From Fonticula alba ATCC 38817 (taxonomy: Eukaryota; Protista; Nucleariida), in NCBI GenBank assembly GCA_000388065.2, contig KB932207.1: 20,948 bases of DNA. The stretch is one strand, 5' to 3'. How positions within the stretch are numbered: position 1 is the first letter of the stretch; each line of letters starts with the position of its first letter. Below, piece after piece: positions 19,440 through 20,948 of the stretch. The translations under genes and the position numbers were made by a program. The notes beneath the pieces were generated by a model. It worked only from the letters and a program-made list of their open reading frames with translations, was not told where the DNA came from and ran no database searches.

Positions 19440-20013
19440 TTACTCGGCCTTGGGCCTGGCGGTGTTTTCGGCGCAGGGCAAAGAGAGGGGGGGGGTCGGG
19501 GGAGGGAACGACCAGATGTCAGATGGAGTCCCATGAGGGGGGGGGGAGGTGAAGAAGCAGGGGCGGTATCCGCCTGGATAGCGAGAAAGAAGACTGACGA
19601 GAAGAAGAGGAAGAAGAGCAGCAAGAGGGGGAGGAGGAAGAGGAGGAACAAAGCCAGGGACATACGGCATGGGGGGGGCAGCGGCCACCGACTCGAAGAA
19701 GCTGGTGGGGTAGTGCGGGCGCGGCAGGAAGTTGTACTTCTCAACCAGAGGACGAGAGAAGACGGGGAGGGCAGCGCCTATGTGCGTGAACCGGGGAGGG
19801 GGAGCGGCGGGAGGGGAGGACGGGGGGAGGCGGGGATCAGACACAGAGGAAGCAGGAGGAGTGTAACATACGCCCATGGATGAGCACAGAGGAAAGGTCC
19901 AACAAGGGGCTGGGCCGTGTGCAACACCAGCAACAACGGCCACAGCGAGGCAGCAGCGACGATAAGGGCACTACCACCACCAAAAAACCACACATGCACA
20001 TGCACATGCACAT

Positions 20014-20076
<63 letters not shown>

Positions 20077-20212
20077 CAGAGATGTCCCACTACAGCAAGA
20101 TGAATGGACACGGCCACAAACAGGACAACGCACCAACAGTGCACAGGAAGATGGACACGATCAGGTGCGGGGTGTTGGTCGAGTGATAACGGAGGAACTG
20201 ACCGAAGGACAT
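19440..20212 (-). CDS. NDUFA3: Mitochondrial complex I accessory subunit NDUFA3/B9 (fungal NI9M, 9.5 kDa)-like, 68 aa
   Basis: complement(join(19440..19455,19666..19777,20134..20212)), 207 nt, translates to MSFGQFLRYHSTNTPHLIVSIFLCTVGAALPVFSRPLVEKYNFLPRPHYPTSFFESVAAAPPMPPKAE*. It aligns to human NDUFA3 [33 protein letters not shown]...PYNYP as I recall it: G.FL, P.L.VS, a single TM helix, LP..S, P..YP. Donors GTGCGT and GTATGT; CTGAT and CTGAC branch points. Confidence 0.75.
19991..20074. repeat. Compound microsatellite, (CACATG)4 plus (CA)27, in NDUFA3 intron 1
   Basis: Read directly from the sequence. Confidence 0.95.
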
Positions 20213-20948
20213 GGTGGCACGGCTTCCGGGAGAGGACAGAGGCAAAAGGGGAGGGGGGGGGCGAGGGAGGAAGGGAAGAGGGAGGGGGGAGGGAGGACAG
20301 GAATGGCAGGAGGCGAGACAATCCAATCGGGTCCGGAAGAGGGATGATGCGCCCCCCTCGGAGCGGGGGGGACACCGGCGGGTGGGAGGCAGAAATAGCC
20401 CAGGCGGAAACGCCATTACTTGGGGTGTGACTCGGGCGGATCAGCTGCCTCCTCCGGTGCTGCTGGCACCGGACCCATCAGAATGCGTACAGTTAAGTGT
20501 AGGTACCATCGGATCCCCAAGCTCCCGGCGGAGCGCCCGCCAGGTTGGCATCTCGATCTCGCTCCCTTCCCCCGCACGCGGGGGGAGGGGGAGGGTGGGG
20601 GACATGCGCGCGTGCTGGCTGATGGGCGGCTTATGTTTGTGGAAGGCGGATACCCCCCCTCCCCCCCCCCGCCCCTTTCGCGCGCCCCCAGGTGAGCCGA
20701 TCGGCCTGCCCCGCCCCCGGGGGGCTGTGGCTCGAGACGGGGAAAATATCCGGCTCACGCGCCTACCCCCGGGCCCGGCCACACGGCGGCCCCTCGAGGC
20801 AGGTCGCCGGGGGGGGGGGGGGGGTACAGTGGGCCGAAGACCATGTAGGTTACAGGCTTGCGGGGCGGGCGCGCGAAGCGCGAATTGTGCACGACATGTG
20901 CACTAGGTCTCCGTGGTTCGCGTCACCCGGGCCGCGGGTCACCAATGG

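Noticed and set aside
19872-19909. 38-nt candidate cassette (poison) exon in NDUFA3 intron 1, bounded by CAG and GTATGT
   Set aside because: No branch-point motif upstream of the acceptor, and inclusion would shift the frame. It is unsupported without reads.
20396-20420. SRP RNA helix 8-like GCCCAGGCGGAAACG
   Set aside because: The essential AGCAG strand of the SRP54-binding loop does not follow, and there is no Alu domain or helix 6 context.

Overview
GC-rich, intron-containing eukaryotic DNA with three assembly gaps (452-1047, 7938-8345, 12785-13403). The long raw ORFs in the track are mostly artefacts of high GC and N runs. I rebuilt spliced gene models by hand from GT-AG sites, branch points and reading phase, and found seven protein genes: (1) a UTP18-like 5' fragment on the minus strand, leaving the window; (2) a protein with a mitochondrial-type presequence and a C-terminal SEL1-like repeat (+, 2 exons, ~636 aa); (3) SERF/MOAG-4 (-, 3 exons, 64 aa); (4) FG-nucleoporin Nup58/Nup49 (-, 3 exons, 487 aa); (5) a ~1296 aa Q/H/P/A-rich prion-like protein with an unrecognised C-terminal domain (+, 2 exons); (6) COG3/Sec34 (-, at least 8 exons, 3' end in a gap); (7) a 68 aa complex I accessory subunit, NDUFA3/NI9M-like (-, 3 exons). 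GC content, fungal-type branch points and the gene set suggest an opisthokont protist such as Fonticula alba; this is inference only. No CRISPR array, tRNA, rRNA or recognisable transposon was seen. The best leads are two structured non-coding segments (5061-5156 and 20403-20545), the presequence+IDR+SEL1 protein, the giant prion-like orphan, and a strong +4C bias at 5' splice sites. The sequence alone does not demonstrate a multi-gene novel system here.
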